This document shows positions 12,940 through 27,729 of a stretch of 64,000 bases of DNA, piece after piece. The translations under genes were made by a program, and so were the position numbers. The stretch is from Haliotis rufescens (Eukaryota), in NCBI RefSeq assembly GCF_023055435.1, contig NW_025963890.1, positions 27,342,001 through 27,406,000 on the forward strand. Direction: 5' to 3'. Each line of letters begins with the position of its first letter. The stretch's first letter is position 1. The notes beneath the pieces were generated by a model that did not search any database, was not told the origin of the DNA, and was given only the letters and a program-made list of their open reading frames with translations.

Positions 12940-13533
12940 GGAGCCCTGTCTACAAACCATTATATCAAGAAATAAGCGACGAAATGTCACTAAATTACGT
13001 TGTGGTAATCTACCCCTCCACATGGAGACTGGTCGCTATAACAAACCTCCAACGCCACTTAATGAGAGACTGTGCCCTTTTTGTAATCATCTAGAATCTG
13101 AAGTTCATTTTCTTTTTTATTGTAGTTTTTATGATGATCTTAGGTTTGAACTTGTTAATCTTTTAGATTTTAAATCATCTGATAAGACTTTTACTATGTT
13201 AACTGATAAGACTTTTACTGTGTTAACTGACGTCATGTCGAGCTCTGACGCCTCGTTAATCAAACTTTTAGTATCAACTATTAATAAAAATGTTTAACAG
13301 GAGCGTTTTACATAATATATGTCTTAGTCAATTGATATCTGTATATTTTAATACATTTTAATCTATTTTATGTTTCTTTTAGGTAAGAAATTACTAGTGT
13401 ATATCTGTTTTAAAATATTGTCTCATAAGCCTAGCTAGGCTGGATGGTATGATAAATTTAATATGATGTATTCTTATTGTTTCATGCCATGTGACACTTT
13501 AATAAACTATGTCTGTCTGTCTGTCTGTCTGTC
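12940..13533 (+). mobile_element. 3' fragment of LINE ORF2 plus 3' UTR and (GTCT)n tail
   Basis: KLRCGNLPLHMETGRY...RLCPFCNHLESEVHFLFYC motif; palindrome GCCTAGCTAGGC; AATAAA followed by (TGTC)n. Confidence 0.8.
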
Positions 13534-13780
13534 ATAAAAGGTGTTGAGGGGCGCGGTACACCTGAATTATATGAGGTTGTAATGCTTTAATTGGGCATGC
13601 GTGTAATCCGTCGGGATTGACTCCCCATGTGTGGAGTTTGTACATTTCGGTCTATATTCCGGTGTTCTGTCGGTTATACCAGTGGTAACTGTCTGGTGGA
13701 AGGAATCATAGTTTGATCGAAGCTATCTGTTGTATCCACGCAGTGACGTATCCACTTGCTGACATCACGTGTGACATACT

Positions 13781-13958
13781 TGTCGTAAGTCAGGCTCATT
13801 GACTTGGTTGATGCATGTCATTACGTCCCAATTTCGTAGATCGATGCTCATGGTGTCAATCACTGGTTTACATCAGACTCGATTATTTAAAGACAGCAGT
13901 CATATAACTGAATTATTGTTGTGCTCGGATAACGAACACAGAAAACAAACAAACAAAC
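13781..13958 (+). mobile_element. 5'-truncated SINE, family B, (CAAA)n tail
   Basis: Homologous to the minus-strand copy at 47355-47553 (GACTTGGTTGATGCATGTCAT...CCCAATT...CAGACTCGATTATTTA). Confidence 0.75.
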
Positions 13959-15514
13959 ATAACATGAAGACAACATCTATATCTCTATAATATATGTTAA
14001 ACGATGTTAACTTAAATAATTATGACAACAATATATGCGTTAAACTATTCCCACTATTCCAACATTTACAAGAGAAACGGATTTTCTTGCGGAGGACAGA
14101 TTGTAGGCTGCTAGTTGTCAGTAGTAAGTGAACATGATACACTTCGCTCACCGTGCTGTGAAGTAACACACATGTGTCTGATTACCACACTCTCTATGTT
14201 ATAGCGTACCATATGCTAGCTTCTCTGCTACGTTGGCTGCAGTGAGAGCGAGGGAACGCATATTCAGTTCTGCCACCTGTAGGAGCGAAGGGAGTTGACT
14301 AAAAATAACTTGTCTGGGTCCACGGCGGATGCCCAAGTCTGCGCCAACATAATGCAGCTGCTGTCGCCTTTGAGCGAGGGTTCGCCACGCGCACCGCACG
14401 AGGTGGTCGATGCCATTATTACAATGTCTGTGAGCGCCCTAGCCAGCTGATTAAAAGTTTTCATGGTCAATTAGCAAACGGGCCCCACAAGTTCTCATAT
14501 CGTCATGATACTGCGTGCTCACTTATGTAAGGAAAACACTGACGAGCCCGTTCAAGTCTAGATTAGGATTTTATCTCTCACAGCAGCGACTATAATACTA
14601 ACAAAGAGAAGCGCATGCGATCTGTCCCATCTTGCAACAGAGTGTCTGCTTTCTTCATTATTCCAAGAACGTAACGACAACAGAATTATCCTCCACCAAA
14701 CATAACACATTGGCATGGTCCTATAAGGATTTAACATGGGCACTTAATTTATTTGTAGTACACATAAGTTGTGAATCTTTGATTGCGTCCACCTTAACAA
14801 ACCCTGGCTACACTGACACTTTCATCAGTATACCTTAATTTCTGCAGTTAATAAATGGCAGCTAAACGTTTCCAAGCACCATCAAACTACACCCAAATGC
14901 CCCCCCCCCCCCCCCCCCCCCCCTTTCCATACCCAACCCCACCCCCTACGACCAGCCCTCGTTACATCTCTTGATAGGATACGTACGCTTTCCACAGTAC
15001 ACACTGACTTGACATTATGGTCCGATAATTTGACCAGTTTCCACCATACACATTGCAGGGTGCAAAGGCTGGTACCGTTGTTTAAAGAGTCGCAAGTCTG
15101 TGTGCATAGTTGACAAGAAACCTATCATCGTGAGTTTCGATCCTGGCTCAGCCTAATTATGTTTGTCATCACTATACCCGTCCTCGTGGGCGTCACCAAA
15201 AACGGGGTAACGTTTAAGACCTGCATAACTCCCCCTCCCTCCCAGTTCCACACGCCAAGAGCTAAGATCACAAGTCGTGATACAACTGAAATACTGATTA
15301 CAAAGCGGACTCTCTCACTCAGCCAACGTAAAATCCCCAGACCGTCTCCGTGGTCTGGCGGATAGAGTGGAAGGTCGGGTGGTTGGATCGCAATACCAAC
15401 AGACGTTAACAGACTCGGCATTTCAGCATTAATGGGATAAAACAAGGAAAGGTCGGCTGTGTCTGAGTGTTATATCCATGTTAAACTGCGGCATGGTATC
15501 TCCACATAACCCAC

Positions 15515-18500
15515 TTACTAGCCCTCGTTATCTTCCATGACATGATATCTATACATTTCACAGTACACATCAACTAGCCCTCGTCACCCCTAGACAGGAC
15601 ACTTCCACCTTCCACAGTACACATTAACTAGCCCTCGTCATACCCCATGGCAGGACACTTACACCTTCCACAGTTCACATTAACTAGACCTCGTCATACC
15701 ACATGACATGACACTTACACCTTCCACAGCACACATTAACTAGCGCTCATCATACCCCATGACAGGACACTTCCACCTTCCACAGTACACATTAACTAGC
15801 CCTCGTCATACCCCATGGCAGGACACTTACACCTTCCACAGTTCACATTAACTAGACCTCGTCATACCCCATGACATGACACTTCCCCCTTCCACAGTAC
15901 ACATAAACTGGCGCTCATCATACCCCAAGACAGGACACTTCCACCTTCCACAGCACACATTAACTAGCGCTCGTCATACCTCATTACAGGACACTTCCAC
16001 CTTCCACAGTACACATTAAATAACCCTCGTCATACCCCATGGCAGGACACTTACACCTTCCAAAGTTCACATTAACTAGACCTCGTCATACCCCTGACAT
16101 GACACTTACACCTTCCACAGTACACATTCACTAGCGCTCATCATACCCCAAGACAGGACACTTCCACCTTCCACAGTACACATTAAATAACCCTCGTCAT
16201 ACCCCATGGCAGGACACTTACACCTTCCAAAGTTCACATTAACTAGACCTCGTCATACCCCTGACATGACACTTACACCTTCCACAGTACACATTCACTA
16301 GCGCTCATCATACCCCAAGACAGGACACTTACACCTTCCACAGTACACATTAACTAGGCCTCGTCATACCCCATGACAGGACACTTCCACCTTCCACAGT
16401 ACACATTAACTAGCCCTCGTCATACCCCATGACAGGACACTTCCATCTTCCACAGTAAACATTAAAAAGCTTATCATACCCCATGACATGACACTTCCAC
16501 CTTCCACAGTACACATTAACTAGCCCTCGTCATACCCCATGGCAGGACACTTCCACATTCCACAGTTCACATTGACTTTCCCTCGTCATACCCCATGACA
16601 GGACACTTACACCTTCGACAGTACACATTAACTAGCCCTCGTCATACCCCAAGGCAGGACACTTACACCTTCCACAGTACACATTAACAAGCCCTCGTCA
16701 TACCCCATGACAGGACACTTACACCTTCCACAGTACACATTAACTAGCCCTCGTCATACCCCATGACAGGACAATTACACTTACACAGTACACATTAACT
16801 AGCCCTCGTCATACCCTATGACAGGACACTTCCATCTTCCACAGTACACATAAACTAGCCTAGACTATCATGCCCTATGATATGACAATTACACCTTCCA
16901 CAGTATACATTAACTATCCCCCGTCATACCCCATGACAGGACACTTACACCTTCCACAGTTCACATTAACTATCCTTCGTCATACCCCATGACATGACAC
17001 TTACACTTCCACAGTTCACATAAACTAGCCCTTGTCATACCCCATGACATGACACTTACACTTCCACAGTTCACATTAACTAGCCCTCGTCTTACCCCAT
17101 GGCAGGACACTTACACTTCCACAGTTCACATTTACTAGCCCTCGTCATACCCCATGACAGGACTCTTCCACCTTCCACAGTAAATATAAACTAGACCTCG
17201 TCATACCCCATGACAGGACACTTACAGTTCCACAGTTCACATTAACTAGCCCTCGTCATACCTAATGACATGACAATTTCACTTACACAGTACACATAAA
17301 CTAGCCTAGCCTATCATGCCCCATGATCTGACAAGTACACCTTCCACAGCTTACATTAACTATCCCTCGTCATACCCCATGACAGGACACTTCCATCTTC
17401 CACAGTACACATTATCTAGCCTATCATGCCCCACGATATGACACTTCCACCTTCCACAGTAAACAATAACTATCCCTAGTCAAACACCATGGCAGGACTC
17501 TTCAATCTTCCAGAGTACACATTAACTAGGTCTCGTCTTACCACATGGCAGGACACTTCCACCTTCCACAGAAAACATTAACTATCCCTCGTCATACCCC
17601 ATGACAGGACACTTCAATCTTCCACACTTCACATTAACTATCCCTCGCAATACCCATGACTGGACACTTACACTTGCACAGTACACATTAACTAGCCCTC
17701 GCCATACCCCATGACAAGAAACTTACACTTCCACAGTTCACATTTACTAGCCCTATCATACCCCGTGACAGGACACTTACACCTTCCACAGTACACTTAA
17801 ACTAGCTCTCGCCATACTACATGACAAGGCACTTACACCTTCCACAGTCACATAAACTATCCCTCGTCATACCCCAACACAGAACACTTCCACCTTCCAC
17901 AGTACACATTAACTAGCCCTCATCATACCCCATGACAGGACACCCACACTTCCAGGGTTCACATTAACTATCCCTCGTCATACCCCATGACAGGACACTT
18001 CCACCTTCCACAGTACACATTAACTAGCCCTCGTCATACCCCATGACAGGACACTTACACCTTCCACAGTAAACGTTTACTAGCCCTCGTCATACCCCAT
18101 GACAGGACACTTACTCTTCCACAGTTCACATTAACTAGCCCTATCATACCCCAAAACAGGACACTTACACCTTACACAGTACACATTAACTAGCCCTCGT
18201 CATTCCCCATGACAGGGCACTTCCATTTTCCTCAGTTCACATTAACTAGCCCTCGTCATTCCTCGTGACATGACACTCCCACCTTCCACAGTACACATTA
18301 ACTAGCGCTCATCATACCCCATGATATGACACTTCCATCTTCCACAGTACACATTAACTCGCCCTCGTCATACCCCATGACAGGACACTTCCACCTTCCA
18401 CAGTTCACATTGACTATCCCTCGTCATACCCCATGACAGGACACTTCCATCTTCCACAGTACACATTAACTAGCCCTCGTCATACCCCATGATATGACAC

Positions 18501-21500
18501 TTCCATCTTCCACAGTACACATTAACTAGCCCTCGTCATACCCCATGATATGACACTTCCATCTTCCACAGTTCACATTTACTAGCCCTATCATACCCCG
18601 TGACAGGACACTTACACCTTCCACAGTACACTTAAACTAGCCCTCGTCATACTACATGACAAGGCACTTACACCTTCCACAGTCACATAAACTATCCCTC
18701 GTCATACCCCAACACAGAACACTTCCACCTTCCACAGTACATATTAACTAGCGTTCATCATACCCCATGACAGGACACTTCAACCTTCCACAGTACACAT
18801 TAACTAGCCCTCATCATACCCCATGACAGGACACCCACACTTCCAGGGTTAACATTAACTATCCCTCGTCATACCCCATGACAGGACACTTCCACCTTCC
18901 ACAGTACACATTAACTAGCCCTCGTCATACCCCATGACAGGACACTTACACCTTCCACAGTAAACGTTTACTAGCCCTTGTCATACCCCATGACAGGACA
19001 CTTACTCTTCCACAGTTCACATTAACTAGCCCTATCATACCCCAAAACAGGACACTTACACCTTACACAGTACACATTAACTAGCCCTCGTCATTCCCCA
19101 TGACAGGGCACTTCCATTTTCCTCAGTTCACATTAACTAGCCCTCGTCATTCCTCGTGACATGACACTCCCACCTTCCACAGTACACATTAACTAGCCCT
19201 CGTCATACCCCATGATATGACACTTCCATCTTCCACAGTACACATTAACTAGCCCTCGTCATACCCCATGACAGGAAACTTACACTTCCACAGTTCACAT
19301 TTACTAGCCCTATCATACCCCGTGACAGGACACTTACACCTTCCACAGTACACTTAAACTAGCCCTCGTCATACTACATGACAAGGCACTTACACCTTCC
19401 ACAGTCACATAAACTATCCCTCGTCATACCCCAACACAGAACACTTCCACCTTCCACAGTACATATTAACTAGCGTTCATCATACCCCATGACAGGACAC
19501 TTCAACCTTCCACAGTACACATTAACTAGCCCTCATCATACCCCCAGACAGGACACCCACACTTCCAGGGTTCACATTAACTATCCCTCGTCATACCCCA
19601 TGACAGGACACTTCCACCTTCCACAGTACACATTAACTAGCCCTCGTCATACCCCATGACAGGACACTTACACCTTCCACAGTAAACGTTTACTAGCCCT
19701 TGTCATACCCCATGACAGGACACTTACTCTTCCACAGTTCACATTAACTAGCCCTATCATACCCCAAAACAGGACACTTACACCTTACACAGTACACATT
19801 AACTAGCCCTCGTCATTCCCCATGACAGGGCACTTCCATTTTCCTCAGTTCACATTAACTAGCCCTCGTCATTCCTCGTGACATGACACTCCCACCTTCC
19901 ACAGTACACATTAACTAGCGCTCATCATACCCCATGATATGACACTTCCATCTTCCACAGTACACATTAACTAGCCCTCGTCATACCCCATGACAGGACA
20001 CTTCCACCTTCCACAGTTCACATTGACTATCCCTCGTCATACCCCATGACAGGACACTTCCATCTTCCACAGTACACATTAACTAGCCCTCGTCATACCC
20101 CATGATATGACACTTCCATCTTCCACAGTACACATTAACTAGCCCTCGTCATACCCCATGACAGGAAACTTACACTTCCACAGTTCACATTTACTAGCCC
20201 TATCATACCCCGTGACAGGACACTTACACCTTCCACAGTACACTTAAACTAGCCCTCGTCATACTACATGACAAGGCACTTACACCTTCCACAGTCACAT
20301 AAACTATCCCTCGTCATACCCCAACACAGAACACTTCCACCTTCCACAGTACATATTAACTAGCGTTCATCATACCCCATGACAGGACACTTCAACCTTC
20401 CACAGTACACATTAACTAGCCCTCATCATACCCCCAGACAGGACACCCACACTTCCAGGGTTCATATTAACTATCCCTCGTCATACCCCATGACAGGACA
20501 CTTCCACCTTCCACAGTACACATTAACTAGCCCTCGTCATACCCCATGACAGGACACTTACACCTTCCACAGTAAACGTTTACTAGCCCTTGTCATACCC
20601 CATGACAGGACACTTACTCTTCCACAGTTCACATTAACTAGCCCTATCATACCCCAAAACAGGACACTTACACCTTACACAGTACACATTAACTAGCCCT
20701 CGTCATTCCTCGTGACATGACACTCCCACCTTCCACAGTACACATTAACTCGCCCTCGTCATACCCCATGACAGGACACTTCCACCTTCCACAGTTCACA
20801 TTGACTATCCCTCGTCATACCCCATGACAGGACACTTCCATCTTCCACAGTACACATTAACTAGCCCTCGTCATACCCCATGATATGACACTTCCATCTT
20901 CCACAGTACACATTTACTCGCCCTCGTCATACCCCATGACAGGACACTTCCACCTTCCACAGTTCACATTGACTATCCCTCGTCGTACCCCATGACAGAA
21001 CACTTACACCTTCCATGGTAAACATTAACTAGCCCTCGTCATGCCCCAAGACAGGACACTTACACCTTCCACAGTACACATTAACTAGCCCTCGTCATAC
21101 CCCATGACAGGACACTTCCACCTTCCACAGTACAAATTAACTAGCCCTCGTCATACCCCATGACAGGACACTTACACTTCCACAATTCACATTAACTAAC
21201 CCTCGTCATCCCCCATGACAAGAAACTTCAACCTTCAAAATTACACATTAACTAGCCCTCATCTTACCCCATGACAGGACACTTACACCTTCCACAGTAC
21301 ACATTAACTAGCCCTCGTCATACTCCATGACAGGACACTTCCATCTTCCACAGTTCACATTATCCATCTCTCGTCATACCCCATGACAGAACACTTACAC
21401 CTGCCACAGTAAACTTTTACTAGCCCTCGTCATACCCCATGACAGGACACTTACATTTCCACAGTTCACATTCACTAGCCCTCGTCATACCCCATGACAT

Positions 21501-24500
21501 GACACTTACACTTCCACAGTTCACATTAACTAGCCCTATCATACCCCAAAACAGGACACTTACACCTTACACAGTACACATTAACTAGCCCTCGTCATTC
21601 CCCATGACAGGGCACTTCCATTTTCATCAGTACACATTAACTAGCCCTCGTCATTCCACGTGACATGTCACTTCCACCTTCCACAGTACACATTATAACT
21701 ACCCCTCGTCATACCCCATGATATGACACTTCCATCTTCCACAGTACACATTAACTCGCCCTCGTCATACCCCATGACAGGACACTTCCACCTTCCACAG
21801 TACAAATTAACTAGCCCTTGTCATACCCCATGACAGGACACTTACACTTCCACAATTCACATTAACTAACCCTCGTCATCCCCCATGACAAGAAACTTCA
21901 ACCTTCCACATTACACATTAACTAGCCCTCATCTTACCCCATGACAGGACACTTACACCTTCCACAGTACATTAACTAGCGCTCGTCATACTCCATGAGA
22001 GGACACTTCCACCTTCCACAGTTCACATTATCCATCCTTCGTCATACCCCATGACAGGACACTCACACTTCAACAGTAGACATTAACTCGCCCTCTTCAT
22101 ACCCCATGGCAGGACACTTACACCTTCCACAGTACATTAACTAGCGCTCGTCATACTCCATGAGAGGACACTTCCACCTTCCACAGTTCACATTATCCAT
22201 CCTTCGTCATACCCCATGACAGGACACTCACACTTCAACAGTAGACATTAACTCGCCCTCTTCATACCCCATGGCAGGACACTTCCACCTTCCACAGTAC
22301 ACATTAACTCGCCCTCGTCATACCCCATGACAGGACACTTCCACCTTCCAAAGTGCACATTATCCATCTCTCGTCATACCCCATGACAGAACACTTACAC
22401 CTGCCACAGTAAACTTTTACTAGCCCTCGTTATACCCCATGACAGGACACTTACATTTCCACAGTTCACATTCACTAGCCCTCGTCATACCCCATGACAT
22501 GACACTTACACTTCCACAGTTCACATTAACTAGCCCTATCATACCCCAAAACAGGACACTTACACCTTACACAGTACACATTAACTAGCCCTCGTCATTC
22601 CCCATGACAGGGCACTTCCATTTTCATCAGTACACATTAACTAGCCCTCGTCATTCCCCGTGACATGTCACTTCCACCTTCCACAGTACACATTATAACT
22701 ACCCCTCGTCATACCCCATGATATGACACTTCCATCTTCCACAGTACACATTAACTAGCCCTCGTCATTCCCCGTGACATGTCACTTCCACCTTCCATAG
22801 TACACATTATAACTACCCCTCGTCATACCCCATGATATGACACTTCCATCTTCCACAGTACACATTAACTCGCCCTCGTCATACCCCATGACAGGACACT
22901 TACACCTTCCACAGTTCACATTGACTATCCCTCGTCATTCCCCATGACAGAACACTTACACCTTCCATGGTGAACATTAACTAGCCCTCGTCATACCCCA
23001 AGACAGGACACTTACACCTTCCACAGTACACATTAACTAGCCCTCGTCATACCCCATGACAGGACACTTCCACCTTCCACCGTACAAATTAACTAGCCCT
23101 CGTCATACCCCATGACAGGACACTTACACTTCCACAATTCACATTAACTAACCCTCGTCATCCCCCATGACAGGAAACTTCCACCTTCCATGGTACACAT
23201 TAACTAGCCCTCATCTTACCCCATGACAGGACACTTACACCTTCCACAGTACACATTAACTAGCCCTCGTCATACCCCATGGCAGGACACTTCCACCTTC
23301 CAGAGTAAACATTAACTATCCCTCGTCATACCCCATGACAGGACACTTCAATCTTCCACAGTTCACATAAACTAGCCCTCAACCTACCCCATGACAGGAC
23401 ACTTACACCTTCTACAGTACACATTAACTAACCCTCGTCATACCCCATGACAGGACACTTCCACCTTCCACAGTTCATATTATCCATCCTTCGTCTGCCC
23501 AATGACAGGACACTAACACTTCAACAGTACACATTAACTAGGCCTCGTCATACCCCATAACATGACCCTTCCACGTTCCACGGTACACTTTAACTAGCCC
23601 TCGTCATACCCCATGACAGGACACTTACACCTTCCACAGTACACATTAACTAGCCCTCGTCATACCCCATGATAGGACACTTACACCTTCCACAGCACAC
23701 ATTAACTAGCCTTCATCATACCCCATGACAGGACACTTCCATCTTCCACAGTACACATTAACTAGCTTATCATGCCCCATGATATGACACTTACACCTTC
23801 CACAGTACACATTAACTAGCCCTTGTCATACCCCATGGCAGGACACTTTAATCTTCCACAGTACACATTAACTAGCCCTCGTCTTACCCCTAGACAGGAC
23901 ACGTCCACCTTCAACAGTACACATTAACTAGCCCTCGTCATACCCCATGACAGGACACTCACACTTCAACAGTAGACATTAACTCGCCCTCTTCATACCC
24001 CATGGCAGGACACTTCCACCTTCCACAGTACACATTAACTCGCCCTCGTCATACCCCATGACAGGACACTTCCACCTTCCAAAGTGCACATTATCCATCT
24101 CTCGTCATACCCCATGACAGAACACTTACACCTGCCACAGTAAACTTTTACTAGCCCTCGTTATACCCCATGACAGGACACTTACATTTTCACAGTTCAC
24201 ATTCACTAGCCCTCGTCATACCCCATGACATGACACTTACACCTTACACAGTACACATTAACTAGCCCTCGTCATTCCCCATGACAGGGCACTTCCATTT
24301 TCATCAGTACACATTAACTAGCCCTCGTCATTCCCCGTGACATGTCACTTCCACCTTCCACAGTACACATTATAACTACCCCTCGTCATACCCCATGATA
24401 TGACACTTCCATCTTCCACAGTACACATTAACTAGCCCTCGTCATTCCCCGTGACATGTCACTTCCACCTTCCACAGTACACATTATAACTACCCCTCGT

Positions 24501-26625
24501 CATACCCCATGATATGACACTTCCATCTTCCACAGTACACATTAACTCGCCCTCGTCATACCCCATGACAGGACACTTACACCTTCCACAGTTCACATTG
24601 ACTATCCCTCGTCATTCCCCATGACAGAACACTTACACCTTCCATGGTGAACATTAACTAGCCCTCGTCATACCCCAAGACAGGACACTTACACCTTCCA
24701 CAGTACACATTAACTAGCCCTCGTCATACCCCATGACAGGACACTTCCACCTTCCACCGTACAAATTAACTAGCCCTCGTCATACCCCATGACAGGACAC
24801 TTACACTTCCACAATTCACATTAACTAACCCTCGTCATCCCCCATGACAGGAAACTTCCACCTTCCATGGTACACATTAACTAGCCCTCATCTTACCCCA
24901 TGACAGGACACTTACACCTTCCACAGTACACATTAACTAGCCCTCGTCATACCCCATGGCAGGACACTTCCACCTTCCAGAGTAAACATTAACTATCCCT
25001 CGTCATACCCCATGACAGGACACTTCAATCTTCCACAGTTCACATAAACTAGCCCTCAACCTACCCCATGACAGGACACTTACACCTTCTACAGTACACA
25101 TTAACTAACCCTCGTCATACCCCATGACAGGACACTTCCACCTTCCACAGTTCATATTATCCATCCTTCGTCTGCCCAATGACAGGACACTAACACTTCA
25201 ACAGTACACATTAACTAGGCCTCGTCATACCCCATAACATGACCCTTCCACGTTCCACTGTACACTTTAACTAGCCCTCGTCATACCCCATGACAGGACA
25301 CTTACACCTTCCACAGTACACATTAACTCGCCCTCGTCATACCCCATGATAGGACACTTACACCTTCCACAGCACACATTAACTAGCCTTCATCATACCC
25401 CATGACAGGACACTTACACCTTCCACAGTACACATTAACTAGCTTATCATGCCCCATGATATGACACTTACACCTTCCACAGTACACATTAACTAGCCCT
25501 TGTCATACCCCATGGCAGGACACTTTAATCTTCCACAGTACACATTAACTAGCCCTCGTCTTACCCCTAGACAGGACACGTCCACCTTCAACAGTACACA
25601 TTAACTAGCCCTCGTCATACCCCATGGCAGGACACTTCCACCTTCCACAGTAAACATTAACTATCCCTCGTCATACCCCATGACATGACACTTACACTTC
25701 CACAGTTCACATTAACTAGACCTCGTCTTACCCCATGGCAGGACACTTACACTTCCACACATCACATTAACTATCCCTCGTCATACCCCATGACAGGACA
25801 CTTCCACCTTCCACTGTACTTATAAACTAGCCCTCGTCATTCCCTATGACAGGACACTTACACTTCCACACATCACATTAACTATCCCTCGTCATACCCC
25901 ATGACATGACACTTACACTTCCATAGTTCACATTAACTAGACCTCGTCTTACCCCATGGCATGACACTTACACTTCCACAGTACACATAACTATCCCTCG
26001 TCATACCCCATGACAGGACACTCTCACCTTCCACAGTAAACATTAACTAGACGTCGTCATACCCCATGGCAGGACACTTCCACCTTCAGCAGTCCACATT
26101 AACTAGCCCTCGTCATACCCCATGACAGGACACTTACACCTTCCACATTAAACATTAACTAGCCCTCGTCATAACCCATGACAGGACACTTCCTTCTTCC
26201 ACAGTAAACATTAACTAGACCTCGTCATATCCCCTGACATGACACTTCCGCCTTCCACAGTACACATTAACTAGGCCTCGTCATACCCCATAACATGACC
26301 CTTCCACGTTCCACTGTACACTTTAACTAGCCCTCATCATACCCCATGACAGGACACTTACACCTTCCACAGTACACATTAACTAGCCCTATCATACCCC
26401 AAGACAGGACACTTACACCTTCCACAGTACACATTAACTAGCCCTCGTCATACCCCATGACAGGACACTTCCACCTTCCACCTTCCACCTTCCACCTTCC
26501 AAAGTAGATATTAACTAGCCCTCGTCTGATGACACTTACACTTCCCACTGTAAGCTGACTTGCCGTCGTTGTCTATCCCATGATTGGATAGTTACGCTTC
26601 CCACAGAACATATTGACTAGCCATT
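15515..26625. repeat. Satellite array, 56-bp monomer (~195 copies)
   Basis: Consensus ACATTAACTAGCCCTCGTCATACCCCATGACAGGACACTT(C/A)CACCTTCCACAGTAC. Period of 56 checked (15621 to 15677). Degenerate edges and internal higher-order duplications. Confidence 0.98.
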
Positions 26626-27349
26626 ATTTTAGTTAATCTAATATTATTATCAACAGAAAGCCATTGTACTTACCTGACCCTTTGCGAAAATACTTTGTTT
26701 ATCAGCAATTCATAGACGTGAGAACAAACCCAGGAACTTCTTGTAAATAATGTTGCAACAGAAAAGATCACACTGTCACAGGCACCTTCAAATACATAAG
26801 CCCATTTCGAGTTTATAATCTTTAAATCATCAAACAAAACATATATATATAACAATATATACACGAAACAGGCATTACTTAATGTATTTTCTGCCCTCAA
26901 GATGTTGTGGCTGGCAACACTATTATATAATGTCAAGAAAACTTAGCATACGTCGTTTGATACTACTGGGCATGGTGCCCGCACAAGACACATGGGTAAG
27001 TTTCGTTGGAGCTGATTGAATGAATAGAAGCTCTGCAACTTGGCCAAATATCCGAATGAAGATATCTCTTTAACAGTCGACTCGTGGCGTATCTTGCCTC
27101 CCTCGTGTATTCCGCTCCTCGAGGTGTCTGTAAAGACCAGGTATGACAGTTGTGGAAGTTCTGCTTGAAAATACCGTCTTGTTTCAGGATTCATACTTAC
27201 GGAATGGGTGTCATCGTCGACTTGCAAGGTGTATCCACAATAGAAGAGATGCTTTATATATGGAGTATATTCGCTGCCCAACGGTGATAACAGTACCTGG
27301 AGTGTGTGAATTTATTGTTGCATTAGCAGTGGGCTGGTGTGATGGAGAA

Positions 27350-27470
27350 CTGTGGCGGGGCGAGTGGAGCCGGGCCGCTCTGCCGACTCACCGACTTGCT
27401 TTGCGCCAATCAGTGAGTGCTGAATGTGTGCTTATATACGCAGACGGGTCGTCCTCTCACAGGTAGCTAG
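27350..27470 (+). promoter_or_regulatory. Putative RNA Pol II core/proximal promoter (GC box, CCAAT box, TATA box)
   Basis: GGCGGGGCG at ~27354, GCCAATCA at ~27405 and TATATA at 27433, in canonical order and spacing. Sits in a locally GC/CpG-rich island ~130-240 bp upstream of an ATG. Confidence 0.6.
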
Positions 27471-27591
27471 CTGGTAGGCCTGTGGAGGCACTCTCTGACT
27501 ACTTGTCGGATAGGGTGGACACAACAAACCCTTTCTAGAACTCACCTGGACAGCGTACAGCCGATCCAGACTTTGAAGTATATACTCGGTC

Positions 27592-27729
27592 ATGATGTAC
27601 ATCAGAGACCACCACCCCGGCCCTGACTCTAGCGTGTACCCTACTCACCACCATCACCACCCCCGCCCCCCACCTGGTGCAGCAGACTCAAGGCATTGTC
27701 CGCCTATGCAGTACGATGCATACCCAACG
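27592..27729 (+). CDS. Probable first coding exon (46 codons) of an unidentified His/Pro-rich protein, possibly a transcription factor
   Basis: MMYIRDHHPGPDSSVYPTHHHHHPRPPPGAADSRHCPPMQYDAYPT ends exactly at a consensus donor ACG|GTAAGT (phase 0). GC-rich codon composition drops after the donor, and promoter elements lie upstream. No downstream exon recognised. Confidence 0.65.

Noticed and set aside
27592-27729. Assignment to Cdx/ParaHox from the weak likeness of MY....DSSVYP to vertebrate Cdx N-termini
   Set aside because: The match is only a few residues, and no hexapeptide or homeodomain exon is in the window, so no gene symbol is given.
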